Part shown: piece after piece, positions 11,895-22,389 of the stretch | Position numbering within the stretch: the first letter of the stretch is position 1 | Layout: each line of letters starts with the position of its first letter | Assembly (NCBI GenBank): GCA_041389425.1 | Contig: JAWKRX010000020.1 | Coordinates: 28,251 to 92,250 of the forward strand | Origin: Myxococcota bacterium | Lineage (GTDB): Bacteria; Myxococcota_A; UBA9160; UBA4427 | Direction: 5' to 3' | DNA: 64,000 nucleotides | The notes under the pieces: generated by a model | The model's database searches: none | What the model was told of the DNA's origin: nothing | The model's input: only the letters and a program-made list of their open reading frames with translations | Translations under genes and position numbers: made by a program

Positions 11895-11898
<4 letters not shown>
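10450..11898 (-). CDS. DASS/SLC13 family anion:cation symporter
   Basis: C-terminal 482 aa of track ORF 10450..12663: WWISEAIPMYWTA...WISNTATAAMMFPI...FASNAATVAVLLPI...PAGTPPNAIVF. GTG start at 11898 overlaps the stop of the upstream permease (GTGA). Confidence 0.8.
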
Positions 11899-13298
<1,400 letters not shown>

Positions 13299-13381
13299 GG
13301 ATGGCGCCCTCTCTGTCGGACGAGTGAGGGGATGGAGTGGGGAGTCGAACGAGCCTGGGGAGCCTGGGGAAGAGCCGGAGA

Positions 13382-14575
13382 TCAGGCGCGGTATCGGAGC
13401 AGCGCGAAGAAAGCTTGACGGCGGCTGCGCGAATGGATCAGCAGGCCGAAGAACATCACGATGTACAGCGCGCCGAACGCCAGCCGGACCTCGGCGTCGG
13501 GGAAGAAGAGCTGGACGCCGAAGGCGCCCGTCAGCAGGACCGCTTCCGTCCGCGAGAAATCGAGGTCGATGATGAGCATCGTCGCGAGCAGGGATTGCGC
13601 GGAGGTGAGGAAGAGCTCCTCGGATTGCCGGGCGTCGAGCGGCAGGCCGATCAACGCCCCCGAAGCGACCATGAAGGCGACGGGCAGGGCGCCGACGAGC
13701 AGCGTCCACTGATTGACCTTCGAGGAGATCAGCGCGCCGATCCCGAGGTCGCCGCGCATGCGCCAGGCGAACATCAGCGCGACCAGGAACTCGGGCGATT
13801 CCGAGGCCAGCGGGGCGACCCATTGGACGAGCAGGAACTCGTCGATCGGGAGCCCGTGGCCGAGCTCGACGAGGCTCTCGGCGAAGGGCTCGGCGGATTG
13901 GAAGATCGCGACCGTGGCGTAGACGAGCAGGAAGGTCGCGACGAGCCGGCGGCCGATCGTGTTGGTATGCGAATCGATGAACGCGGCGGGACCGACGAGC
14001 TCGTTCTCACCGTGCTGTCCCTTGGTCGCGGCGACGACGTAGGCGATGAAGAGCCCGAGCAGCACGACCGCGTCGATCAGGTTCAGCTCGCCCTTCAGCG
14101 GGATCGTGAAGGAATAGAGGGTCGAGAGCAGCAGGTATCGCATCTCGAGCCGGTGATGGGCCGGGATCAGGAGCGAGTTCGAGCGCGCTCGCCAGCACGA
14201 GACCAGCACCACCGAGGTCCAGCCGAGGCCGATCAGGAGCCGGTTCGCCCCCGTCATGTTGGCCACGGCGTAATGGGCGTAGGTCGGATCCTCGGCGGCC
14301 TTGACCGCGAAGGTCAGATCGACGGCGTACTCCGGCAGCACGCTGACCAGCGCGAGCACGAGCAGGGCGAACGATTGCGGCAGGTCCTGCTCGCCGAGCT
14401 CGACCGACCAGGAGAGCAGGAACGCCGCGCCGACGATCGCGATGCCCGTGAGCGAGGCGATCGCGACGTTTCCGATGGACTCTTCGGCGACCAATAGCCA
14501 CGGCAGCGGCAGGGCCAGGGCGATGGCCAACCACGCGACGACGCGAAAATTCGATGAAGCTGCGGGCGCGCTCAT
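13382..14575 (-). CDS. Ca2+/cation antiporter (CaCA) family membrane protein
   Basis: 397-aa polytopic ORF with two alpha-repeat-like motifs (VSVLPEYAVDL and LASESPEFLVAL). Confidence 0.65.
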   Translation of the reverse strand: MSAPAASSNFRVVAWLAIALALPLPWLLVAEESIGNVAIASLTGIAIVGAAFLLSWSVELGEQDLPQSFALLVLALVSVLPEYAVDLTFAVKAAEDPTYAHYAVANMTGANRLLIGLGWTSVVLVSCWRARSNSLLIPAHHRLEMRYLLLSTLYSFTIPLKGELNLIDAVVLLGLFIAYVVAATKGQHGENELVGPAAFIDSHTNTIGRRLVATFLLVYATVAIFQSAEPFAESLVELGHGLPIDEFLLVQWVAPLASESPEFLVALMFAWRMRGDLGIGALISSKVNQWTLLVGALPVAFMVASGALIGLPLDARQSEELFLTSAQSLLATMLIIDLDFSRTEAVLLTGAFGVQLFFPDAEVRLAFGALYIVMFFGLLIHSRSRRQAFFALLRYRA

Positions 14576-14650
14576 GAAGGGCCGGCAGCATCGCCGGGTG
14601 CTCGGCGTGCGTCAATGGTCGTACGCGGGGCCCGCGGGGTTCGCACGGAT

Positions 14651-15535
14651 TCAGCTGCGCGATCGGCTCTCGGCCTGGATCTGGCGCCAGCGAAACGGCG
14701 AGGCGAGCTGTCCCCAATAGGTCTGGGGAAAGGCCTCGAGATCCGGGATGCCGATCGACTCGGGCGGCCTTCTGTCCCGGGGCCAGAAAAAGGTGCCGAA
14801 GACGAGGTCCCAGAGGATCAGGTTGGAGCCGTAGTTGGTGTTCGCCTCTTCGAGGTTCTTGGCGTGATGCCAGCGGTGGAGCTCGGCCATCGAGAAGAGG
14901 TAGTTGAGGGGGCCGAGGGAGAGCTGCACGTTCGAATGCTGGAGGTAGCCGAGCACGGCGGTCGCCAGGGCGAAGAGGATCATGACCTTGGGCGGCGCGC
15001 CGAGCAGGGTGAGGGGAATCAGGCCGGCGGTCGTATCGATCACGATGTCGAGGGGGTGGAAGCGCGCTGCATTGAAGAAGTAGAGGCGGGGCGCGCTGTG
15101 GTGGGTGGCGTGGAGGCGCCAGAAGGGCTCCCAGGTATGGGAGAGGCGGTGGCTCCAGTACTGGAAGAACTCGGCGGCGACGAGCGCGAGGGGAAGCTGG
15201 AGCAGCAGCGAGGCATCCTTCGGCCAGAGCGCGGCGGTGCCGAGGGGTTCAACGCGGGCTGCGATCGGCGCGAGCAGCATCGGAACGACGAAGAGCGTCG
15301 CCTGGGACGCGATCGTGACGCTGACGGCATGGCAGAGGTCGACGAGCACGTCGCGATGGGAGCGGTTCCAGCTCGGCCAGTTCGGCTGGATCCGTTCGAA
15401 GAGGAAGACGACCACGGCGGATCCGAAGAGGATCGGCGCCGTGTTGCCTCCGGCTTCGATCACTTGATTGCCGGCGATGAGGGAGACGATCAGCACCACG
15501 GGAAAGAAGAGCCAGGAGACGAGCTTGTCGAGCAT
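14651..15535 (-). CDS. Sterol desaturase / fatty acid hydroxylase family membrane protein
   Basis: From ATG 15535 within track ORF 14651..16102. Histidine boxes HRLSH, HATHH and HRWHH. Four TM segments. Confidence 0.8.
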   Translation of the reverse strand: MLDKLVSWLFFPVVLIVSLIAGNQVIEAGGNTAPILFGSAVVVFLFERIQPNWPSWNRSHRDVLVDLCHAVSVTIASQATLFVVPMLLAPIAARVEPLGTAALWPKDASLLLQLPLALVAAEFFQYWSHRLSHTWEPFWRLHATHHSAPRLYFFNAARFHPLDIVIDTTAGLIPLTLLGAPPKVMILFALATAVLGYLQHSNVQLSLGPLNYLFSMAELHRWHHAKNLEEANTNYGSNLILWDLVFGTFFWPRDRRPPESIGIPDLEAFPQTYWGQLASPFRWRQIQAESRSRS

Positions 15536-15606
15536 GGACGGGCCCCTGTCGGAATTCGTGGCTCCGACTGTACCAATCCGCGAAGGGCGCGGGCTAGCAT
15601 CGCGTG

Positions 15607-17250
15607 ATGGCGAGAGCGGGGACCGCGGACGTCTGCGTGATCGGGACCGGTGCTGCGGGCGGCGTCTGGATCGACGCGTGTACGCGGGCCGGCCTCCACG
15701 TCGTCGCCCTCGAGCGCGGCCCCGAGCTGGGCCCCGCCGACTTCGTCCGCCACGACGAATGGACCAACACCCATCGCGGCGTCGGCTTTGCCCCGAAATG
15801 GCGCGACACCCTGCGCGAGGGCGAAGACGAGGTCGCGCGCCTCGGGCGTTCGGCGATGCTGGCGCAATGCGTCGGCGGCGGCACGGCCCATTGGGGCGCC
15901 CAGAGCTGGCGATTCCGGGAAGACGAATTCCGGGTCCTCTCCACCGAAGGGCCGGTCGAGGGCGCCAATCTCGCCGACTGGCCGATCGGATACGCGGATC
16001 TCGAGCCCTGGTACGAGCGGGCGGAGCAGCGCCTCGGCCTGGCCGGCCGGGCCGGCGCGAATCCCTTCGAGCCCGCGCGAAAGCGCGGCTACCCGAATCC
16101 ACCCCATCCGCCGCGCCGCGCGACGCTCGCGCTCGAGCGCGGTGCGAAGGCGCTCGGGCTGCATCCCTTCCCGACGCCGCTCGCGATCAATTCCCGGCCC
16201 TACGGCGGCAGGGGGACCTGCTTGAACGGCGGGCAATGCTCGAACTTCGGCTGCCCGACCCAGGCGAAGGCCTCGACGCTCTCGATCCAGATTCCGGCGG
16301 CGCGTGCGACCGGGCGCCTCGATCTCCGGACCGGGACGCGGGCGGTCGAGCTCGTCGTCGGCGCCGATGGGCGCGTCCGCTCCGTCCGCACGCTCGGCCC
16401 GGATGGGCGGGAGGGCGAGGTGGTCGCGAAGCATTTCGTGCTCGCGGCGGGGACGCTCGCGACGCCGCATCTGCTGCTTTCCTCGCGCTCGGCCCGCTTT
16501 CCGCAGGGCCTGGCGAACCAGTCCGGCCTCGTCGGTCGGAACCTGATGTTCCACATCTTCTCCTACGTCGGATTCGAGCTGCCCGAGCCCTCGCTGGGGG
16601 CACTCGGCCCGGCGGGCATGGTGTCGATCGACGATTTCCATGCGAGCGATCCGAAGCGGGGCTTTCGCCGGGGCGGCGTGATCTCCGAAGCGGCGGAGCC
16701 GGGGCCGCTGTGGGCGGCCTACAAAGCGCCCGACTTTCTCGGTCGCAAGACGGGGGTCTGGGGGCGCCCGCTCAAGGACTACCTGCGGCGTTATGCGCGG
16801 CTCGGCGCGATGATCTCGATCGGCGAGGATCTCGCGCGCTGGGAGAACCGCGTCGATCTCGATCCCGACCACGTCGACGACGACGGCATCCCGCTCCCCC
16901 GCATCACCCATCGATCGCATCCGAACGATCTCGCCCTGGCGCAGGGGCTCGAGCGGTCGATGACGGAGATCGCCCGGGCCGCGGGTGCGGAGAAGGTCTT
17001 CGCCTACGACTTCACGCGGGCCAAGGGCGGGACCGGCCACCTGCTCGGGACCTGTCGCATGGGCGACGACCCGGAGAAATCGGTCGTCGATCGCGACGGC
17101 CGCGCGCACGACGTCCCCAATCTCTACGTGCCCGACGGCAGCTGCTTTCCCAGTGCGGGCGGCTACAACCCGACACTCACGATCTTCGCGAATGCCGAAC
17201 GCATGGCCGCGCGTTTTCTCGAGCGGCTCGGAGGGGGAGAATCCGCATGA
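15607..17250 (+). CDS. GMC family FAD-dependent oxidoreductase (gluconate 2-dehydrogenase flavoprotein-like)
   Basis: MARAGTADVCVIGTGAAGG (FAD GxGxxG)...GTCRMG...NLYVPDGSCFPS. A GTG at 15604 lies immediately before this ATG. Confidence 0.85.
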   Translation: MARAGTADVCVIGTGAAGGVWIDACTRAGLHVVALERGPELGPADFVRHDEWTNTHRGVGFAPKWRDTLREGEDEVARLGRSAMLAQCVGGGTAHWGAQSWRFREDEFRVLSTEGPVEGANLADWPIGYADLEPWYERAEQRLGLAGRAGANPFEPARKRGYPNPPHPPRRATLALERGAKALGLHPFPTPLAINSRPYGGRGTCLNGGQCSNFGCPTQAKASTLSIQIPAARATGRLDLRTGTRAVELVVGADGRVRSVRTLGPDGREGEVVAKHFVLAAGTLATPHLLLSSRSARFPQGLANQSGLVGRNLMFHIFSYVGFELPEPSLGALGPAGMVSIDDFHASDPKRGFRRGGVISEAAEPGPLWAAYKAPDFLGRKTGVWGRPLKDYLRRYARLGAMISIGEDLARWENRVDLDPDHVDDDGIPLPRITHRSHPNDLALAQGLERSMTEIARAAGAEKVFAYDFTRAKGGTGHLLGTCRMGDDPEKSVVDRDGRAHDVPNLYVPDGSCFPSAGGYNPTLTIFANAERMAARFLERLGGGESA

Positions 17251-18005
17251 GCGACGATCGCGACGGGCACGCCCAGGCGGCCGAAGTCGGAGCGCCGGCC
17301 TCGGACGGGCTCGACACCGTCTCCCGCCGCGCCTTTCTCGCCGGCAGCGCGGGGCTCTGGATCAGCCTCTCGATTCCGCGGCCGCTCGCCGCGGCCGCGC
17401 TCCCGAACGCGGCGCCGCAGGCGCTCGAGCCCCTCGAATGGCAGGCCGTCGAGGCGATCACGGCGCGCATCCTCCCGACCGACGATCTGCCCGGCGCGGT
17501 CGAGGCGGGATGCGTGGTCTTCATCGACAAAGCGCTCGCGCACGAAGACGCCGCCGCGCTCCCCGCCTATCGCAGCGCCCTGCGCGAGCTCGACCGGGTC
17601 TGCCGCCGCGCGGAGGGCGACCGCTTCGCGGCGCTCGCGCCGGCGGTCCAGGACCGGATCCTCGCAGCCCTCGAAGAGGGGCGATTGGCGGGCTGGCGCC
17701 CGGAGGCCGCGGATCCGGTCGCGTTCTTCGCGACGATCCGGATGCACACGATCCTCGGCTTCGTGCTCGACCCGCGCCACGGCGGGAATCGCGACTACGT
17801 CGGCTGGCAGGTGATGGGCTACCCCGGCCCCGTCCACCATCTCGGCGGCGCCCAGCCCGATCAGATGATCGGGAAGGTGCGCTTCGTTCCGATCTGGGAG
17901 CGACAGGCGATCTCTCGGCGGGATGCGCAGGCGGCGTCGCCCGGCGGCGCTACTCCACCCGCCGCTTCACCACGACCAGCTCATAGCGACCCTTCTCACC
18001 GATGA
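17247..18005 (+). CDS. Gluconate 2-dehydrogenase subunit 3 family protein with twin-arginine signal
   Basis: ATG overlaps the GMC stop (ATGA 17247..17250). SRRAFLAGSAGLWISL is a Tat motif. LEWQAVEAITARILPTDDLPGAVEAG is typical of the family. Confidence 0.75.
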   Translation: MSDDRDGHAQAAEVGAPASDGLDTVSRRAFLAGSAGLWISLSIPRPLAAAALPNAAPQALEPLEWQAVEAITARILPTDDLPGAVEAGCVVFIDKALAHEDAAALPAYRSALRELDRVCRRAEGDRFAALAPAVQDRILAALEEGRLAGWRPEAADPVAFFATIRMHTILGFVLDPRHGGNRDYVGWQVMGYPGPVHHLGGAQPDQMIGKVRFVPIWERQAISRRDAQAASPGGATPPAASPRPAHSDPSHR

Positions 18006-18330
18006 AGGCACTGCCGATCCAGCCGGTCAGGCCGACGACGATCGAGGTCCCGAGCGCTGCCCAGAAGCCAGAGAGACTGAACCCGGGCAGGAGCCATGCG
18101 ACGAGCGCAACCATCCCCGCATTGATCACGAGCAGGAAGAAACCGAGCGAGAGAAGCGTGACCGGCAACGTCAGCAGGAATACGATCGGGCGCACGACGG
18201 CGTTGACGACACCGAGCCAGAGGGCCGCGAAGACGAAGGTCAGCGGACCCTCCAGCGAGACCCCGGGCACGAGACGCGAGGCCAGCCAGAGGCCCAAGGC
18301 CGTGATCGCCATCCGGATCAGGAATCCCAT
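17950..18330 (-). CDS. DUF360 / phage-holin-family-IV-like small membrane protein
   Basis: From ATG 18330 within track ORF 17950..18549: MGFLIRMAITALGLWLASRLVPG.... Four TM helices. The 3' end overlaps the convergent gene by 56 nt. Confidence 0.65.
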   Translation of the reverse strand: MGFLIRMAITALGLWLASRLVPGVSLEGPLTFVFAALWLGVVNAVVRPIVFLLTLPVTLLSLGFFLLVINAGMVALVAWLLPGFSLSGFWAALGTSIVVGLTGWIGSAFIGEKGRYELVVVKRRVE

Positions 18331-18983
18331 GCTTCGTCCTCCTCCTCGATCTTCGCGCCTCGGTCCGCCGGGCGCGGCGCGCGGGCGACCGCCGGGCGCG
18401 ACGGGGAATCGGGAACGTGCGCGTTGAGGCCGCGTTCCGCCAGATGGCGCCGCCAGTCTCCGCTCGCGACCCGCGCCGCCGCGCCGAGCGCGCGATTGTA
18501 GACATAGATCCAGGCCCGCACGCCCGGCGGCTCCTGCAGCACGACGCATTCGCGGAGATAGTCCGATCCGGCCGGATCACTCGGCTCGTAGCCTTCGAAG
18601 GCGTCGAGAACGTCGAGGACGCTCGGATCGAGGATCGCGTGGAGCTCGCCGCAGACGCTCGCGGCGCCAGACGTGCTCCGGCGCAGCGCCGGGTAGGGGC
18701 CGAGATCGAAGAGCTCGCCCGCGACACGGCACGGCCCGATGCGGCGCAGCTTCGTGCCCACCCCCAGTCGATCGAGCAGATCGCCGCCCGCCCCCGGTTC
18801 CGCGGGCCCCGCGCCGATCTCGTCGCCCGCCGCGGGCAGGCCGCGCATCAAGGACCCGTAGACCACCAGCCGATCGGGCGCCTCGCGTCGCTCCGGCTCG
18901 GGCCCGGCGACCGGCAGCGCGTCGGGATCCGTCTCCGGAGCGCGCCCGAAGACCGCCATGATCGAAGTCCGGATGCGTTTCAT
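18318..18983 (-). CDS. Gamma-glutamylcyclotransferase (AIG2/GGACT-like) family protein
   Basis: LVVYGSLMRG...ELFDLGPYPAL...GELHAI...LDAFEGY...VYV. The start may be an internal Met. Confidence 0.65.
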   Translation of the reverse strand: MKRIRTSIMAVFGRAPETDPDALPVAGPEPERREAPDRLVVYGSLMRGLPAAGDEIGAGPAEPGAGGDLLDRLGVGTKLRRIGPCRVAGELFDLGPYPALRRSTSGAASVCGELHAILDPSVLDVLDAFEGYEPSDPAGSDYLRECVVLQEPPGVRAWIYVYNRALGAAARVASGDWRRHLAERGLNAHVPDSPSRPAVARAPRPADRGAKIEEEDEAWDS

Positions 18984-19126
18984 CGATCCCCGCCCGCTTA
19001 CTCTTGCCGCCCGCCCGCCCTCGAAGGCCCGCGCGAGTCTAGCCGTCCCGCTTTCGAGAAGGGATGCGAGCGCCTACCGTCCGGCCGCGCGCAGGCCCGC
19101 GCGCCCCGATGCTGGATGGATGCGTG

Positions 19127-19984
19127 ATGACCCCTTCCGAAGAGAAGTCCGGATCCGAAGCGACCTCCCGTCCCGGAGCACGTCCGCGACTCGAGGGCAA
19201 GATCGCGATCGTGACCGGTGCGGCGCGCGGAACCGGCGAGCAGACGGCGCGACTGTTCGCGGAGGAGGGGGCACGTGTCGTCGTCGCCGACGTGCTCGCG
19301 GAAGAGGGCGAGAAGACCGCGGCGGAGATCGGCGACGTTGCCACTTTCGTGCGCCTCGACGTCACCGACGAGGCGAGCTGGGCGAACGTCGTCGAACAGA
19401 CCGTGCGGCGCTTCGGGCGACCGACGGTGCTGGTGAACAACGCGGGTCTGCTGCACATCGAGGCCCTGATCGAGACGCCGGCCGCCGTCGTCGAGCGGCT
19501 CTGGCGCGTCAACACGCTGGGGCCCTTCCTCGGCATGAAAGCGGTCGCGCGCGAGATGCAGGCCGCCGGGGGCGGCTCGATCGTCAACGTCTCTTCCGTC
19601 GACGGACTCTCCGCGAAGAACGGTCTCGCCGCCTATGCGCCCACCAAATGGGGCCTGCGCGGTCTCACCCGCGTCGCGGCGCTGGAGCTCGGCCAGATGG
19701 GCATCCGGGTCAACGCCGTGTGTCCGGAGGCGGGCGGCCCGGGCATGCGCCGCGCCTTCACGCCCGAAGGCATCGATCCGATGATGACCCTGGCCTTCAC
19801 CCACGACGTGATCCCGCACAACCAGAAGCGGCCGGGCATCGAGATCATCCGCGACATCGCGCGCATGATCCTCTTCCTCGCGTCGGACGACAGTCTGTCG
19901 TGCAGCGGCGGCGACTACCCGGTCGACGCGGGCTGGACCGCCGGGCGGCGCCTCAAGTTCAATCCGGGTTATTCCGCCGGCTGA
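19127..19984 (+). CDS. Short-chain dehydrogenase/reductase (SDR)
   Basis: KIAIVTGAARGTG (TGxxxGxG), NNAG, and S...YAPTKWG (YxxxK). Start ambiguous: ATG at 19109 or 19127. Confidence 0.85.
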   Translation: MTPSEEKSGSEATSRPGARPRLEGKIAIVTGAARGTGEQTARLFAEEGARVVVADVLAEEGEKTAAEIGDVATFVRLDVTDEASWANVVEQTVRRFGRPTVLVNNAGLLHIEALIETPAAVVERLWRVNTLGPFLGMKAVAREMQAAGGGSIVNVSSVDGLSAKNGLAAYAPTKWGLRGLTRVAALELGQMGIRVNAVCPEAGGPGMRRAFTPEGIDPMMTLAFTHDVIPHNQKRPGIEIIRDIARMILFLASDDSLSCSGGDYPVDAGWTAGRRLKFNPGYSAG

Positions 19985-21194
19985 GCCGCTTCTTCGCCTT
20001 CTTCGGATCGGGCGCGTGCGGCCGCGCAGGACTCCCCTGCGGCGCGCGATCGGCCCCGGGATCCGCGGCGGCGCGCGTCGCCGACCATTTCGCGAGATAA
20101 CCGGTTCCCCCGCTCGGGGATTCGAAGCCCGCCGCGCGGACGAGCTCCTCCATCGGATGGGTCGCGTAGTGGGCGTAGAACGGCTCGTGGAATTCGCGCG
20201 GGAAGAATTCGAGGGCCCAGTCGAGCTCGGGATCGTCGCCCTGCTGCAGGGAATCGACGAACCCGAAGAAGCCGCCCGGGCGCAGCACGCGCCGCGCCTC
20301 GGCCAGGACCTGCTCGCGGACGGGCAGTGGCAGCTCGTGAAAGAGGAAGACCGAGTAGACGGCGTCGAAGCGGCCGTCCGCGAAATCGAGTGCGGCGGCG
20401 TCGCCCTGGACGCACTCCACTCGCGGATACGCGGCGAGCCGTGTTCGGGCGTGGTGCGTATAGGGGAAGCTGAGATCGAGGCAGGTGATCTTCGCGCGCG
20501 GGAACGCGCGGGCGATCGCGTGGGTCGCGCCGCCGGTCCCCGAGCCCAGCTCGAGCAGGTGCAGGCCGCTCCCGTCGTGTGCGCTGCCGAAATGGCGGCG
20601 CAGGGGCGGCACGATCAGGCGCCGCATGGCGTCGGCGCCGCCGCGGAAGAGCAGCTCCACCTGGTGCTCGTACAGCTCCGCCGAATCCGCGGAGAGGTAG
20701 CCGTCGGTCTGATAGTGGAAGTTGCGGCGATAGTAGGCGGGGAGCTCGTCGAGCCAGGGCTGTGCCTGCGCACCGAAATCCCGGGCGTCGCGGCGGCCGC
20801 GGCGCGCGACGACGGAGCGCGCGTCGCCGAGGATGCGCAGGAAGCGGGTGCCGTGGCGAAGGGGATCGAGGGCGTCCCGCGGCGCGAGGACCGAGAGCGG
20901 TATCACGCCCTCGGCGATCAGCCGGGCGTCCTCCTCGAAGAGCGCGCGCAGGCGTTCGAAGGTCAGCTCGAGCGCACGGCGCGACGGCGCCGGGCGACCG
21001 CGGCCCGCCGGCGGACGCTGGAGCCAGAAGAGCGGGACGCTCTCGGCGAAGAAGAGGGCGCTGCGCAGGCCGTGGGCCGAGAGCGCGGCCCAACGGGTGA
21101 TCTCCCGCTGGATCGCGATTCCGGCCGCGGCCTTCGCGCCCGTCGCCGTGCCCGCGCCGGCCGTCCCGGGGCTCGCCGTCTCCGCTCCGCTCAT
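19959..21194 (-). CDS. Class I SAM-dependent methyltransferase with long N-terminal extension
   Basis: LLELGSGTGG (motif I)...DAVYSVFLFHELP...LRPGGFF. Its ATG overlaps the stop of the upstream BKACE gene (ATGA 21191..21194). Confidence 0.75.
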   Translation of the reverse strand: MSGAETASPGTAGAGTATGAKAAAGIAIQREITRWAALSAHGLRSALFFAESVPLFWLQRPPAGRGRPAPSRRALELTFERLRALFEEDARLIAEGVIPLSVLAPRDALDPLRHGTRFLRILGDARSVVARRGRRDARDFGAQAQPWLDELPAYYRRNFHYQTDGYLSADSAELYEHQVELLFRGGADAMRRLIVPPLRRHFGSAHDGSGLHLLELGSGTGGATHAIARAFPRAKITCLDLSFPYTHHARTRLAAYPRVECVQGDAAALDFADGRFDAVYSVFLFHELPLPVREQVLAEARRVLRPGGFFGFVDSLQQGDDPELDWALEFFPREFHEPFYAHYATHPMEELVRAAGFESPSGGTGYLAKWSATRAAADPGADRAPQGSPARPHAPDPKKAKKRLSRRNNPD

Positions 21195-22111
21195 GCCCGT
21201 CCTCCCGAATCCCTCGCCTTTGCCATTCCGAGCAGCGCCCGCGTCTCGGCGAAGCTCGCGAGCGGGCGCCCGACCTTTTCACAGAGCGCGCGTGCCTCCC
21301 GGATCAGCTCTTCGTTCGACGGGCTCCGCTCCTTCGCGTAGAACTCCTCGACACCCACGTGGAGATGACCGCCGCGCTCGAGGGCGAGCTTCGCGATCGG
21401 CGTCTGCATCAGATCGCCGCCCCAGACCGAGACCGACCAGGGCAAGCCGCTGCCCTCGAGCATGTCGAGGTAGGCGAGCAGGCCCGCTTCCGTCGGCATG
21501 AGGCCGAAGCTGACGCCCGGCTCCGTCGACATCAGACCGTATTCGCCGCCGAAGTAGAGCTTCACCATCGTGCCCGCCGGCAGTCGCCCGGCGCGTTGCC
21601 AGGCGAGGGTCGTGCGCAGGGCGTTCGGCTCGTAGATGCCGAGGGCGGGCCCCATCCGCAGCCGCTCGCAGAAATCGAAGGCGATCCGGACGTCGTCGTA
21701 CGAGACCGCGTAGACCCCGCCGACCGGCAGCCCGTCCGGTCCGGGGGCGCCGATGTTGGTCGAGCCCGGATCGAAGGCGCACATCGGCACGGAGATCGAT
21801 CGGGCGATGAGCTCGATGTGTTCGAGCTTGGCCGCCATGCCCGCGCCGCTCGTCAGCGTCGGATACCAGAGCGCGTCGGGCACCTGCTCGAGGATCGGTC
21901 GCCAGGCGGCGAGGTAGTCGTCGGCCGCGGCGCGGCCGGACAGGGCGATGTCGCTGTTGTGGGCGTGGACGATGCTCGCGCCGAGGGCGAAGCAGCGCAG
22001 GGCCTCGCGCGTGATCTCCTCGGGCGTGCGCGGTGCGTTCGGGTTCTTCGCCTTCGAAGTCATGCCGTTGATGGCCGCTTCCAGGATCACGGGGCTGTCT
22101 GTTCGGGGCAT
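21191..22111 (-). CDS. 3-keto-5-aminohexanoate cleavage enzyme family (BKACE/DUF849)
   Basis: VILEAAINGMTSKAKNPNAPRTPEEI...ASIVHAH...LHVGVEEF is typical of DUF849 TIM-barrel beta-keto acid cleavage enzymes. Confidence 0.75.
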   Translation of the reverse strand: MPRTDSPVILEAAINGMTSKAKNPNAPRTPEEITREALRCFALGASIVHAHNSDIALSGRAAADDYLAAWRPILEQVPDALWYPTLTSGAGMAAKLEHIELIARSISVPMCAFDPGSTNIGAPGPDGLPVGGVYAVSYDDVRIAFDFCERLRMGPALGIYEPNALRTTLAWQRAGRLPAGTMVKLYFGGEYGLMSTEPGVSFGLMPTEAGLLAYLDMLEGSGLPWSVSVWGGDLMQTPIAKLALERGGHLHVGVEEFYAKERSPSNEELIREARALCEKVGRPLASFAETRALLGMAKARDSGGRA

Positions 22112-22389
22112 GCGGTCTCCTCCTCGATGGGTGTCCGGTCGGCCGGCTCGGCGAAGGCTCGCCGCTTCGTCTCGAACGCTCCGGCTGCGATGCCATCCCG
22201 CGCGACGCCCTCCGGCTGAGATGCCGTGCGGTGCGGCGAGAGCGGAAGGCAGCGGGGTCCGGGCGGAGCGAGCGTATCAGCGATGTGCAACTCCAGCCTG
22301 ACCCCGCGGGCCTTCTCAAGTGGATCTCCCACACGGCCGATCCCGCGACGGTCGCATCCTGTCCGACTGCGCCAAGGGAGAGCTCTGCC

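Noticed and set aside
17950-18330. The 'phage holin family' gene as a sign of a prophage.
   Set aside because: This is a DUF360-type four-TM protein, common in chromosomes. There are no lysin, capsid, terminase, integrase or att-like repeats anywhere in the window.
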